DNA of 64,000 bases. It comes from Nitrosopumilus sp. GTDB taxonomy: Archaea > Thermoproteota > Nitrososphaeria > Nitrososphaerales > Nitrosopumilaceae. The stretch is from NCBI GenBank assembly GCA_965204345.1, contig OZ241981.1, forward strand, positions 1,920,001 to 1,984,000, written 5' to 3'. Both the position numbers and the translations under genes were made by a program. Of this stretch, positions 21,147-30,325 are shown in pieces (position 1 is the first letter of the stretch; each line of letters starts with the position of its first letter). The notes under the pieces were generated by a model. The model worked only from the letters and a program-made list of their open reading frames with translations. It was not told the DNA's origin and made no database searches.

Positions 21147-21591
21147 TTTCATTATCTTATTATCAAATTGCATCCTAATCTAACTGCCGAGCAATGAAGA
21201 AGAGTTAGAGTAATGACCTTGGTATGAAGAAACTAATCGAGTCTGAGCTCCGGCTTTTTTTTATCAATTATCTGATTTTTGACCTTATTGAAATCTCAAA
21301 AATACAGGATGACTAGCTGCTGGACTCTTGTTTGTGATTGGCTTGTACCTTTCTGTTGCTGTACGAGTATTTTGAAATCAAAGTGTCTGTGGATAGATGT
21401 ACACAACCAATCAAAAGTGATGTGGGTTAGGTTTGTTGGAGTATATTCTAACAGTTCCATAGAAACTGCCTAACTGACCATTCTGAAGAATGATTTCTAC
21501 GTATGCCTTAATACTGAAAAACAAGGTTAATTTTTGATGTTTTTAAGATATCTGACTTTAACTATTAGCTCAACTTTTCCTCAATCCCCTT

Positions 21592-22101
21592 CTAAAATGA
21601 CACGTTGAAATTATCGCCGGTATTTTTCTCAATTATCCAAAAATATCTTTTATCTAGCATCTCTCCTAACACCTCTGTTGCCTCGTGTCTTACCAGTTCT
21701 GCCGGGTCACGTAGTGCCGCATATGCTAGTACGTGTGCCAATTCTGGATTATCGCTTCTAATCAGAATAAAACACGCCTCGTGCCTGATATGGGCATCAC
21801 TGTCATTTAGCAAAAGCCATTGGCCCATCATCTCAATGTGGTTTCGTATCAGATGGCCTTTGGGGTATTCCTTGATTAAATCTTGCATGACCCATACTGC
21901 CTCATTTCTGATGGACTCGTCTGGATGCACGATAAATTTTTTGCAAAATTCCAGCCTGTCCTCGCCTGAGAGTGTCTGTGCATATCTCTGGTCTATTTTG
22001 GAATCTGATATGGAATCAAATTTGGATGAGGTATCTTTTATGACAGTTATCTTGTTTTGGTCAACAACCATGCATCTGCCTGGTGCAAACTTTTCAGCCA
22101 T
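21592..22101 (-). CDS. HEAT/PBS-lyase-repeat protein, possibly 3'-truncated
   Basis: Repeats IRNEAVW, IRHEACF, VRHEATEVLG; ends mid-repeat. Confidence 0.7.
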   Translation of the reverse strand: MAEKFAPGRCMVVDQNKITVIKDTSSKFDSISDSKIDQRYAQTLSGEDRLEFCKKFIVHPDESIRNEAVWVMQDLIKEYPKGHLIRNHIEMMGQWLLLNDSDAHIRHEACFILIRSDNPELAHVLAYAALRDPAELVRHEATEVLGEMLDKRYFWIIEKNTGDNFNVSF

Positions 22102-22192
22102 GTCAGATTAACTGCCACAAATACAATTTAATGGATTTGGTATATTTTGGTTATCTGATCACTGGAATTTGACAATTTATTGCCAGGATGCA
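21958..22192 (-). repeat. Partner of the 17404-17638 inverted duplication; includes the 3' part of family A (about 22133-22192)
   Basis: Reverse-complement alignment by eye. Confidence 0.92.
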
Positions 22193-22207
22193 TCTTGGCG
22201 GTTTTTT

Positions 22208-22924
22208 CTAATCAATATCAAGAATTCTCAACTTGTGATCATCTTGAACAAAATAGAAACTGTAGGTGTTTTTATCAAGGGATTCAAATGTTCCCCCGCC
22301 AAAAGATAAAATTAGATCATCATAAAAAAATTCATCAAACCTTATGCTGTCAGGTATGCCCTGTCTCTCAATGAAATCAGTATGATTAGCCAACAAATCA
22401 ATGAACCTAGGGGTTGCTGAGAAATAAGTTGGTGATGCAACTTCCTCACCAGTTTCTACATTTTCAATAGAAAAATGCCTAAAACCAACTGAGCTTACTT
22501 GATAGTTAAAATTGTAGTCTACATTGTTATGTCCAATAAAAGTTCCATTACCATAAAATATTGGGGGATCTATGTCGATTCCACCCAATATCCTGGCAGT
22601 AATGCTATCAGGTATGCCACCAACTGAAATTAGTCCAGGCATGTGAATTGCACGCTCTTTTACTATCTCCTTTTTGTCATAGTCTGTATAGGGATCACGA
22701 TCTGTAAAACTTTTTATTTTCCAAAAGGCATACCTGCCATCGCCCCATCCTTTTTCAACTAATTTATCAAATGTGTCTTCAGTAACACAGTATATCTCGC
22801 GTGTTTTAAATTTTATAATCTCTTTTTTATCACCACATGCAATTGCAAAAGATTCATCGATGGCTGTAACGCCAACAACTACCGCAATTATCAACAAACC
22901 TGGCAATAATATGGACTGCATCAT
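22208..22924 (-). CDS. Secreted/membrane-anchored hypothetical protein with C-x(~15)-CV..T..KL...GW module
   Basis: Signal/TM helix, then ACGDKKEIIKFKTREIYCVTEDTFDKLVEKGW. Confidence 0.75.
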   Translation of the reverse strand: MMQSILLPGLLIIAVVVGVTAIDESFAIACGDKKEIIKFKTREIYCVTEDTFDKLVEKGWGDGRYAFWKIKSFTDRDPYTDYDKKEIVKERAIHMPGLISVGGIPDSITARILGGIDIDPPIFYGNGTFIGHNNVDYNFNYQVSSVGFRHFSIENVETGEEVASPTYFSATPRFIDLLANHTDFIERQGIPDSIRFDEFFYDDLILSFGGGTFESLDKNTYSFYFVQDDHKLRILDID

Positions 22925-23069
22925 ACTTCAAAAATTACACTCATATTAAAACAAGACGTAGGATTCACACTATAATATAAAAAATAACAGAGAAGAAGGG
23001 GTTGCTCATTGCAGTAATTCTTTTGCTCCTGTACGGTAAACTGATACTGCTTTATGTCTGCTACATTGC

Positions 23070-26000
23070 TCATCGCAGTCGCAGTAATTCCTTTGCGTCA
23101 TCCCAAGGAGTAAATACTCTGAAATAACCTACATCACCATCATCATTGTTACGGCAAAGACCTGGATGGTCTCTTATGTCAAATGATGTTGTATGAGTTG
23201 GTTGTATCGCATCAAAGAAACAGGTATAGCCCTGATGCAGGCCCACAAGTTTGTTTACATTATTTTCGACAAATATTATTGGAGCACCGCTATCACCATT
23301 TCTGCTAGGATAATTTGTTAATACTTGATTGGTAAGTACGCCATTGCCACTGTCAAAGATGGTTGCATCTGTGTACAAGACTGAACCTCCACCATTGTTT
23401 CTTATTCCATAGATGTTTACCTTAGAACCTGTTGATAGCGATGCTGATGTACCCTGTTCTACAATTACAAAAGCACCGTCATGTTTTATGATTTGATCTT
23501 GTGATACTTGGATGTCGGATTCAGTTATTGGTACAAAACCTACATCACCAATACCATTCAAATGATATTCCGCAGTAGTAGTTGCAAGCCTTCTTTTTTC
23601 TTCACCTATGAAATATCCGTCAATTGTGGTATTCGGTTCAATTTCAAGTTGATGGCCTGATGTTACAAAGCCCACCTGTCCGTTTGTTTTTGTTGCACCA
23701 ATGGTAATTGTACTATCTCTGATATCAATACCGCCAATCCTCTTTTCAATTTGCTTTGTAGTTTGTTGACCACCATAATATATCGTACCCGTTGGTTCTG
23801 GCACTTCTGGGCAACCACGGTTGGTTGCACTTGCCTCATTTGGACAGTTGTCAATTCCGTCATGGTATCCGTCACCGTCAGTGTCTGGATTAAAAGTTCC
23901 TGATCTTGGGTGTATGGTTATGGTAAAGCTGGCAGTTGATGGGTTGTTTGCAGCATCTCTTGCCGTACACGTTACCGTTGTTATGCCAATTGGGAAGAAT
24001 CCCGTATCATGGTTGCATGATGGCACAATAGTGCCATCTGCATCATCCACAGCAGTTACCCTAAACTCGATATATTTGACAATGCCTGCCCTGATTTTAG
24101 ATACAATGTCATCAGGCACCGTAATCACAGGCGGTGTGGTATCAGGACATCCCCTTAGTTTTACCGGTCCCGGTGTTTGTGGGCAATTATCTGACCTGTC
24201 TGGCACGCCATCACCATCAGAATCTAGTGGTACAGGTGGTGGAACAGGCATACTTGACGTGCTCTTAATTATCACATCATCAATTCCCACCTCCTCATGA
24301 GAAGAACTCATGGATGCCGTAAAGCGCACATTAAATGTATCAGACCTGTAGGCATTCAGGTCGTATTTCTCAGCATGCCATGCGTCATCATTATCGCCAT
24401 TCTCATCAGTCCAAAAGTCAAGCTGCCTCCAGGTGTTTCCGTTGGTTGTAACTTCTACTTTGAGATGCTCACCATGTTCATCATAGCTATCCAATGACCT
24501 GTCAACATATCTCCAAAACTCCAGTGTCGGGTTTTTCAGGTTTGAGATGTTAATTGGCTCTGATATGGTTATGGTGCAAAGCGAATGGCAGTCGTCAGCC
24601 TCTGCAACCTTGTTGCTGCTTGGATGGTCTGGAGGCAGCCGGTATTCATCAAAACTATCTGCCCTCCAGTCCGGCTCGTTTGTACTTGTCCACTTGTTTA
24701 GTGTACCGTCCTCAAAGTCATCTGAAAATACAACAGCATTGTCAGTAGATGCCGAGTTCTGAATCGACATGTTATCTATCATTATATTTTCACTAAATGC
24801 ACTACTGCGTGCTGTTATGCGCACCTGTAGATCATCTATTTGATATTCAGGTGACAGCTTGTATGATTCAGTATGCCATTTATGGTCATTGTCACTTGTA
24901 GATGGCCGCCAGTCAAATATCATATCCCATGATGAGCCATCATACAGCTCGACTTTGAGATATTCACCGGCATCCAGTTCAGAGCTAACAAACCTGTCAA
25001 ATGTGAGATGGCCTGACTGTCGGGAGGACAGATCCACGGGAGATAGCGTGATTGTGCATGTTCTATCACAGTTTGAGGAATAAGCTACCGTGTTGCCTGA
25101 CTGGCTGCCCGGTACTGCAGTAGATGGGGTGCGAATTATCCAGTTAGAGTCTCCGCTCTGAGTCCAGTTCTCCAGATTTCCAAAATCCTCAGATATTGTA
25201 GTTGGGGTGGTTGGTGGCGGTGGCGTCAGCATAATAGGATTGGTACTTGCCAGTGCAAAGTCTTGTACCGGCTTGTTTATGTTATCAATGTTAGAGCCGC
25301 TAACTGTTATGGTATATGTTCCAGTAATAGTAGGGTTAAACACTGCAAACTCGTTTGTCTGGTGGTCTGATGTTGCCCGTATTATTGTATTATCCGGAGA
25401 AGTTACTGTAAAATCCAAATTCGCAATTGGTACTGGTATATGTGTACGTGACAACTGTCCGTCTATGCTGCCATGCGGATGAACCAGCCATGACAGTATC
25501 ACTTTGACTGGCTTTGATGTGTCCTGTACTGTAAACCAATACTGCTTTGTGTCAGTATTTGACACAAGACGGTCTGATATTATGTGGGATGGTGCATTGT
25601 TAACATACCTGAGTGATTCAGCAGCATCTAGTATGCCAAATCCTACGTTATTGAGTATTTGAAGGGATGATGCCTCATTATTTGCAATAGTTATATCTGC
25701 TGGCTGCCTTGCGTGGGAACAGTTGTCCCTTGGATTAACTTGCTCGTATTGGGCTGACGTGCATGGTATCGGACCCATCCAGTTGGCACCCAAGAAAAGG
25801 GCAGCCTTTAGCTCAACAGGAGTCATCTCAGGCTTTAACTGCATCATAAGGGCAGTGACTCCACTTACCTCAGATGCCGCAAAGCTGCTTCCACCTCGAA
25901 TAAAAGTGTCAGTTGCTGCAACAGAGTTCAATACTTGAATGGCCGCTGTTGGTGCAACCAGCTCAGGCTTTAGTAATACAGTTCCTGGTGCAGGACCCCT

Positions 26001-27092
26001 ACTCGAATAGCCTGCTATTGCTGGCATACCATCAGCATTGCTCTTTATTACACCTACGGTAATTTCATTGTGTCCGCATCCGGGATGAGTTATTGACTGA
26101 AAAGCTGTCCCTCTTGCTATTCCGTTCTCATAAAGCATGCCCCTGTTTCCAGCTGCTGATACTGCAACCATTCCCTTGTCAACTGCCTCATTTGTGATCA
26201 GACTAATCGTGTTTGCATGGCTTGCACGACAGATTCCAAAACCAAAGCTCATGTTTGCTATGTCTGCTCCGTTATTAAAAGACCAATCAAGGGCATGTAC
26301 CACGTCTCTTGCATGTGTCTTGACAAAGACATGTTTGTTCTGACTATCCAAGCCGTGTCTTCCAATTGAGGCATCCAAAAGATTCACACCCGGTGCAATG
26401 CCGTTGTGGGCTGGCAGTCCTGATGCAGCAATGACCTGGGCTATCCACGTACCGTGGGATGGAAAGGCAGAAGAGACCGCTCCGTTATTGAATCCTACCA
26501 CGCTGGCAGCAGTTGCAGGACTACACATACCATTACTGCACTCTACACGGTCCGTGATTCTGTTGTTAAATGCGATGTTGTGGTTTATACCACTGTCAAT
26601 TACTGCCACAGCAACCCCGCGACCATCAAGATTGGTGCCTGCTGCAGTACGAATATTGTTTGGAGTTGCATGTATGGTTTCCCTAGATTTATCAACTTCC
26701 AGAGTTACGGGAGTTTCGCCATCTCCCATGGCATATACCTCGTCATAAAGTGAGAGTCCCGGAACTTTTGCAATTGGGATGGATGCAGTTACAAATGAGA
26801 GTGACTCGGCAGCCTCTATGTTGCGTGCACCAAGAAGATCAAGTTTCTCTACTATCGTATCCTTGTTCTCGCGTGCTGTCTCATCTGCATCTATACCATC
26901 ATCACTTCTGGCCACTACAATTGTGACATCATAGTATCGTGTGCCGTCATGTACGCCATAGTCGCCATCCTGGGGTACCTCAAATATGAGACCCTGGATT
27001 TTATCATAAAAACCTCCATCAAACTTGGATGGTATATCCACGTTTGCAGCAGAATCTGGGGAATTGTCACCTGGAATAAGATTGCCTGGCAC
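23070..27092 (-). CDS. Large multidomain secreted protease: S8 subtilase + beta-sandwich repeats + TSP3-like/HYR + C-terminal trypsin-like (S1) domain; the upstream signal peptide is separated by an in-frame TAG
   Basis: VAVIDSG, SHGT, AAGN, GSSFAA (S8); DSDGDGVPDRSDNCP (TSP3-like); DTTPPVI..TCTARD (HYR); VTSGH..GDVGFV..GDSGAP (S1). Confidence 0.85.
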   Translation of the reverse strand: MPGNLIPGDNSPDSAANVDIPSKFDGGFYDKIQGLIFEVPQDGDYGVHDGTRYYDVTIVVARSDDGIDADETARENKDTIVEKLDLLGARNIEAAESLSFVTASIPIAKVPGLSLYDEVYAMGDGETPVTLEVDKSRETIHATPNNIRTAAGTNLDGRGVAVAVIDSGINHNIAFNNRITDRVECSNGMCSPATAASVVGFNNGAVSSAFPSHGTWIAQVIAASGLPAHNGIAPGVNLLDASIGRHGLDSQNKHVFVKTHARDVVHALDWSFNNGADIANMSFGFGICRASHANTISLITNEAVDKGMVAVSAAGNRGMLYENGIARGTAFQSITHPGCGHNEITVGVIKSNADGMPAIAGYSSRGPAPGTVLLKPELVAPTAAIQVLNSVAATDTFIRGGSSFAASEVSGVTALMMQLKPEMTPVELKAALFLGANWMGPIPCTSAQYEQVNPRDNCSHARQPADITIANNEASSLQILNNVGFGILDAAESLRYVNNAPSHIISDRLVSNTDTKQYWFTVQDTSKPVKVILSWLVHPHGSIDGQLSRTHIPVPIANLDFTVTSPDNTIIRATSDHQTNEFAVFNPTITGTYTITVSGSNIDNINKPVQDFALASTNPIMLTPPPPTTPTTISEDFGNLENWTQSGDSNWIIRTPSTAVPGSQSGNTVAYSSNCDRTCTITLSPVDLSSRQSGHLTFDRFVSSELDAGEYLKVELYDGSSWDMIFDWRPSTSDNDHKWHTESYKLSPEYQIDDLQVRITARSSAFSENIMIDNMSIQNSASTDNAVVFSDDFEDGTLNKWTSTNEPDWRADSFDEYRLPPDHPSSNKVAEADDCHSLCTITISEPINISNLKNPTLEFWRYVDRSLDSYDEHGEHLKVEVTTNGNTWRQLDFWTDENGDNDDAWHAEKYDLNAYRSDTFNVRFTASMSSSHEEVGIDDVIIKSTSSMPVPPPVPLDSDGDGVPDRSDNCPQTPGPVKLRGCPDTTPPVITVPDDIVSKIRAGIVKYIEFRVTAVDDADGTIVPSCNHDTGFFPIGITTVTCTARDAANNPSTASFTITIHPRSGTFNPDTDGDGYHDGIDNCPNEASATNRGCPEVPEPTGTIYYGGQQTTKQIEKRIGGIDIRDSTITIGATKTNGQVGFVTSGHQLEIEPNTTIDGYFIGEEKRRLATTTAEYHLNGIGDVGFVPITESDIQVSQDQIIKHDGAFVIVEQGTSASLSTGSKVNIYGIRNNGGGSVLYTDATIFDSGNGVLTNQVLTNYPSRNGDSGAPIIFVENNVNKLVGLHQGYTCFFDAIQPTHTTSFDIRDHPGLCRNNDDGDVGYFRVFTPWDDAKELLRLR

Positions 27093-27300
27093 TTCAAACT
27101 ATGCATTCTCATCATCAGTCTGGGATGCAGAATCCAGTGGATACGCAAATAAAAAAACTAGTGAAAAAACTATGATCGGTAACGTAATTTTTGCATTCAA
27201 GATAGACTATGATCATTACTGTAGTTATTATCCTTATTGGTAGTCATCCTGACTGAATAAGTCAGGCATTGCTTGTATTGACTCTTAGGCAGAAGAAGAC

Positions 27301-27414
27301 TCAAAACATCTTAAATCATATCTAACTGCCTTTTTCACCTTATTATGTTGAAGCAAAACCTCCCGGCTTTGATCAAAACATCTTAAATCATATCTAACTG
27401 CCTTTTTCACCTTA
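27301..27414. repeat. Two identical 42-bp direct repeats separated by 30 bp
   Basis: TCAAAACATCTTAAATCATATCTAACTGCCTTTTTCACCTTA at 27301 and 27373. Confidence 0.9.
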
Positions 27415-27521
27415 ATTGCTGTGCCTTCATTACTTGTGTCCAAATCAGACAACCAGTAGTGTAGCAGTGTATGATATGATATTTGCAATAATCAGGTGTT
27501 CATCTACACATGTGAAATACT

Positions 27522-28106
27522 CTAAGGAAGTGTCAAAGATGGAGCCTGCCACATGTTGTTAGAATCCAACGTATAGCCAAGCATCTCTAAATTATCTGTC
27601 AATGCACTGCACAAACCATTTGTTGTTGGCAATATACATCTGAGTTCATACAATGATATAGCTGTGTCTATCTGTGTTGGCAAATCATCTGCATGGCTTT
27701 CGGGAATGAATACTCCAAACTCTATGCGAATTGACAGTTCCTCGGTTCCCAAAACATCCTCAATGTCTCCTGCATCTGGATATATTCCAAGACTTGGCAG
27801 TATTGGATCAAGCATCACAACTAGCTCTTCTGTCTCCTCATCGACAAAAGTTGCAGTAAATACCAGCTCATCAGCTATGGCATAATTGCCTTCTGAATGA
27901 TCTATCATGATGTTGGTAATGGTGCTATGGCCTTTATACAGCTCATTTACAGTTCCAACCGGTCCCACCGTGCCGTTATCGTCATTTATGACATCAAGAT
28001 TGCTCTTCTCTGAATTATCCTCGTTTACTAGCTGTGCAAAACTGATTCCTACTGGAACAATCAACAATACTGCAAAAATAGTTATTATTGTCTTGGCTGA
28101 AACCAT
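27522..28106 (-). CDS. Secreted acidic hypothetical protein
   Basis: Signal peptide MVSAKTIITIFAVLLIVPVGISFA; D/E-rich. Confidence 0.7.
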   Translation of the reverse strand: MVSAKTIITIFAVLLIVPVGISFAQLVNEDNSEKSNLDVINDDNGTVGPVGTVNELYKGHSTITNIMIDHSEGNYAIADELVFTATFVDEETEELVVMLDPILPSLGIYPDAGDIEDVLGTEELSIRIEFGVFIPESHADDLPTQIDTAISLYELRCILPTTNGLCSALTDNLEMLGYTLDSNNMWQAPSLTLP

Positions 28107-28278
28107 TACAATATTATATTTGGGGTTTAATATAAGATAGATCATTGTCAGGTTATCGGAATCTAGGTTGAATTTTCCTTGTAAAATGAGGCATTTTGCA
28201 TGATGAGGGTATTCTGCTCATTCTGGCCATCCGCCTCTGCCAGTCCTGAGATATCCCGAGATTTTACAAAAGTCATTT

Positions 28279-28791
28279 CTATCTCTTATCTTCAAACTCT
28301 ATTTCAAGGTCAAGGTTTCGGGCATTTCTGACTATTTGCACCACTTTCTCTATATCAATTGGAAATTTTGGGGTCCATTTGCCTGAAACAACCGCCCTTG
28401 TAATTGGAATTTCACTTGATACCCACACTGCATTAACTGATAAAATCCTGATTGGAAAAAACAGATCCTCAATGAATCTTTTGTCGGTTTCATCGGCTTC
28501 TACCAGCCAAATTTTGCCATTGAACTGCTCTTGCAATATGCGGTATAGCGTGCGACTCTTTCTGATTATCATGATGTCGTATGCTGCCAAGGATAAAACA
28601 AAATTTCCATCAAATTCCCTGCATGAGTATAGCGTAAAATTATCGATCTCTTTGTTTGATTTTGCAATGTTTGCAATATTCATTGATGCCTCGACATCTG
28701 CCTTTGTTAGTATCCCTGACTCTACTTTGCTCTCACACTGAGGACATAGCACCGAATTTTTTGCATCAAAGCCACAAATTGGAAGTTTCAT
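28279..28791 (-). CDS. Archaeal NusA-like protein (zinc ribbon + KH)
   Basis: MKLPICGFDAKNSVLCPQCE N-terminal Zn motif; family assignment by recognition. Confidence 0.7.
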   Translation of the reverse strand: MKLPICGFDAKNSVLCPQCESKVESGILTKADVEASMNIANIAKSNKEIDNFTLYSCREFDGNFVLSLAAYDIMIIRKSRTLYRILQEQFNGKIWLVEADETDKRFIEDLFFPIRILSVNAVWVSSEIPITRAVVSGKWTPKFPIDIEKVVQIVRNARNLDLEIEFEDKR

Positions 28792-29155
28792 TTAAATCGA
28801 CTTTTCATTCTTACAATCTTGTTTATATCCCTTGGTGTAAAATTAGAACTTTGATGTTTTTTACACCAGTGGGTTTTGCTGCATTTGATTTAATTTTCCA
28901 TAAATTTTTGATGAACTCTTTGATTTCATTTTCTTGGACTAGTGCTTTTCCAGTTACACAATATCTAGTCCCTTCAAATGTGGTACCCGTAGTATATGCT
29001 TGTAAGATATTTTTAGATGATTTCATAGAAGCGTTACGCATTGGTATACAGTTTGTATGTTTGTCCTTAGTACATCTAAACATGAAATACACTTCTTTCA
29101 TTTTAATCGACTTTTTTCATTCTTACAATCTTGTTTATGTTTATCGGTGTAAAAT
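28786..29155 (-). repeat. Duplicated promoter/start region (28786-28843 and 29096-29155)
   Basis: TTTCATTT-AATCGACTTTT(TT)CATTCTTACAATCTTGTTTAT...GGTGTAAAAT occurs twice about 310 bp apart, each copy including ATGAAA on the - strand. Confidence 0.85.
28823..29101 (-). CDS. Hypothetical basic protein (92 aa)
   Basis: ATG start lies within the duplicated promoter; stop lies within the downstream copy. Confidence 0.45.
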   Translation of the reverse strand: MKEVYFMFRCTKDKHTNCIPMRNASMKSSKNILQAYTTGTTFEGTRYCVTGKALVQENEIKEFIKNLWKIKSNAAKPTGVKNIKVLILHQGI

Positions 29156-29203
29156 GCCTGTTAAAATGCTTCATTGAGCAATGGCATTTCTGCAAGAAAA
29201 TAA

Positions 29204-29368
29204 TTACTGCTCAATGGATAATGTTCCATCACATTGACATGACTTGCATTTTCCATTAACAATTTGTGATTTTCTGTCTGCTGTGATTATGTGGTTTGTA
29301 AGTGAATGCTCACATTTAGAACAAACACTTTTCTGTTCCACGCCAATTCCGACTCTCATAGTTTTCAT
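29204..29368 (-). CDS. Zinc-binding micro-protein, 54 aa, paralog 1 (not in ORF track)
   Basis: MKTMRVGIGVEQKSVCSKCEHSLTNHIITADRKSQIVNGKCKSCQCDGTLSIEQ; CxxCxH-x4-H...CxxCxC; frame conserved in the second copy. Confidence 0.8.
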   Translation of the reverse strand: MKTMRVGIGVEQKSVCSKCEHSLTNHIITADRKSQIVNGKCKSCQCDGTLSIEQ

Positions 29369-29487
29369 ACTGTCTTCTTGTTGTTAAATTTTTGTTGCCA
29401 TGTCTTGGACTATTGTTTCTTGGATAATATTTGTTGGGTGCATATGATGGTATCATACCCGGGGTCAAAAAACGGATTTGATAATCG

Positions 29488-29637
29488 CTGAACTGTACTT
29501 TGGGATTTTTTGATGGCTGGATATCTAAGAAAATCGTATCTTGTAGTTTGCTGCCAAATTCCAGTAATCAGATCATCAAAATATACCAACCCTGAATTGA
29601 ATCATCCTATGAAATGTCTAGGGTTTGGAACAATGTA
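29488..29637 (+). mobile_element. Family A element (5'-eroded) with 3' extension
   Basis: TGGGATTTTTTGATG.CTGGATA..TAAGAAAATC...AAATTCCAGTAATCAGATCATCA; extension CCTATGAAATGTCTAG shared with 32577. Confidence 0.75.
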
Positions 29638-29773
29638 CAAGATTATTTATATGCTGATAGTAATATGCTATGATTATGGCAAATATATTGCTAAAAGGCT
29701 ATCAATGTGAGGTTGTGTTCACAAATGGATTCCAAGAGATGAATCAAACCGAGGACGAATGAGGTAAGATTTC

Positions 29774-29995
29774 ATGGCAGACAAGAACAAAAATCATGAT
29801 TTTTCATGTGATAACTGTGGCAAAATAAATACCACATGTCCACCTGACAGTGTGCATACGCAATTTTTGGTCAAGAAGGACGGTGAGGAATGTATTGAAA
29901 GGTTTCCTGTGTGTACTGTATGTAATCATAAAAATAAAAGATATTGGTGTCGTGTTGGCAAGATCTTTTTTAGTTCTAAATCAAAAAAAACCTAG
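29774..29995 (+). CDS. Small zinc-ribbon protein (73 aa)
   Basis: CDNCG...CTVCNH; GAGG upstream of the ATG. Confidence 0.7.
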   Translation: MADKNKNHDFSCDNCGKINTTCPPDSVHTQFLVKKDGEECIERFPVCTVCNHKNKRYWCRVGKIFFSSKSKKT

Positions 29996-30150
29996 ACAAC
30001 CTTATGATGCTTATTCCAAACCAGGATTATTTGACTGAATCATTGCAACATCTGTGTGTTAGAAATTTTTTCAGATATGCTTCTGTCCAGTTCGGTCTAT
30101 CCTCACCTAGATTTTCACCTCAAACACTATGTTGGATTTATCTCACATAC

Positions 30151-30286
30151 AGCTAATTACTGGAATCTAACGGCAAACTGCAAGAGATGATTTTCTTAAA
30201 TTATCTAACCATCAAAAAGACTCAAAATACAATTCCGAGAATAATATTTGTGATTTGTGGCATGAGACACCAAAATTTATCAAAAC
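30151..30286 (-). mobile_element. Family A element, inverted, right end missing
   Basis: GAGATGATTTTCTTAAA and TGTGATTTGTGGCATGA..CCAAAATTTATCAAAAC match the reverse complement of 44197-44320. Confidence 0.8.
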
Positions 30287-30325
30287 TTTACAACGCTATA
30301 ATTTGCACCTGATCCAACTGATCTT

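Noticed and set aside
27285-27488. 67-aa ORF with repeated KVKKAVRYDLRCF; also considered as a CRISPR array
   Set aside because: The peptide repeat is a by-product of the 72-bp-period DNA repeat; only two repeats, and no cas genes or leader
29306-29491. ORF-track paralogs 29306-29491(+) and 34645-34830(-)
   Set aside because: Antisense shadows of the Cys/His-rich micro-protein genes on the opposite strand
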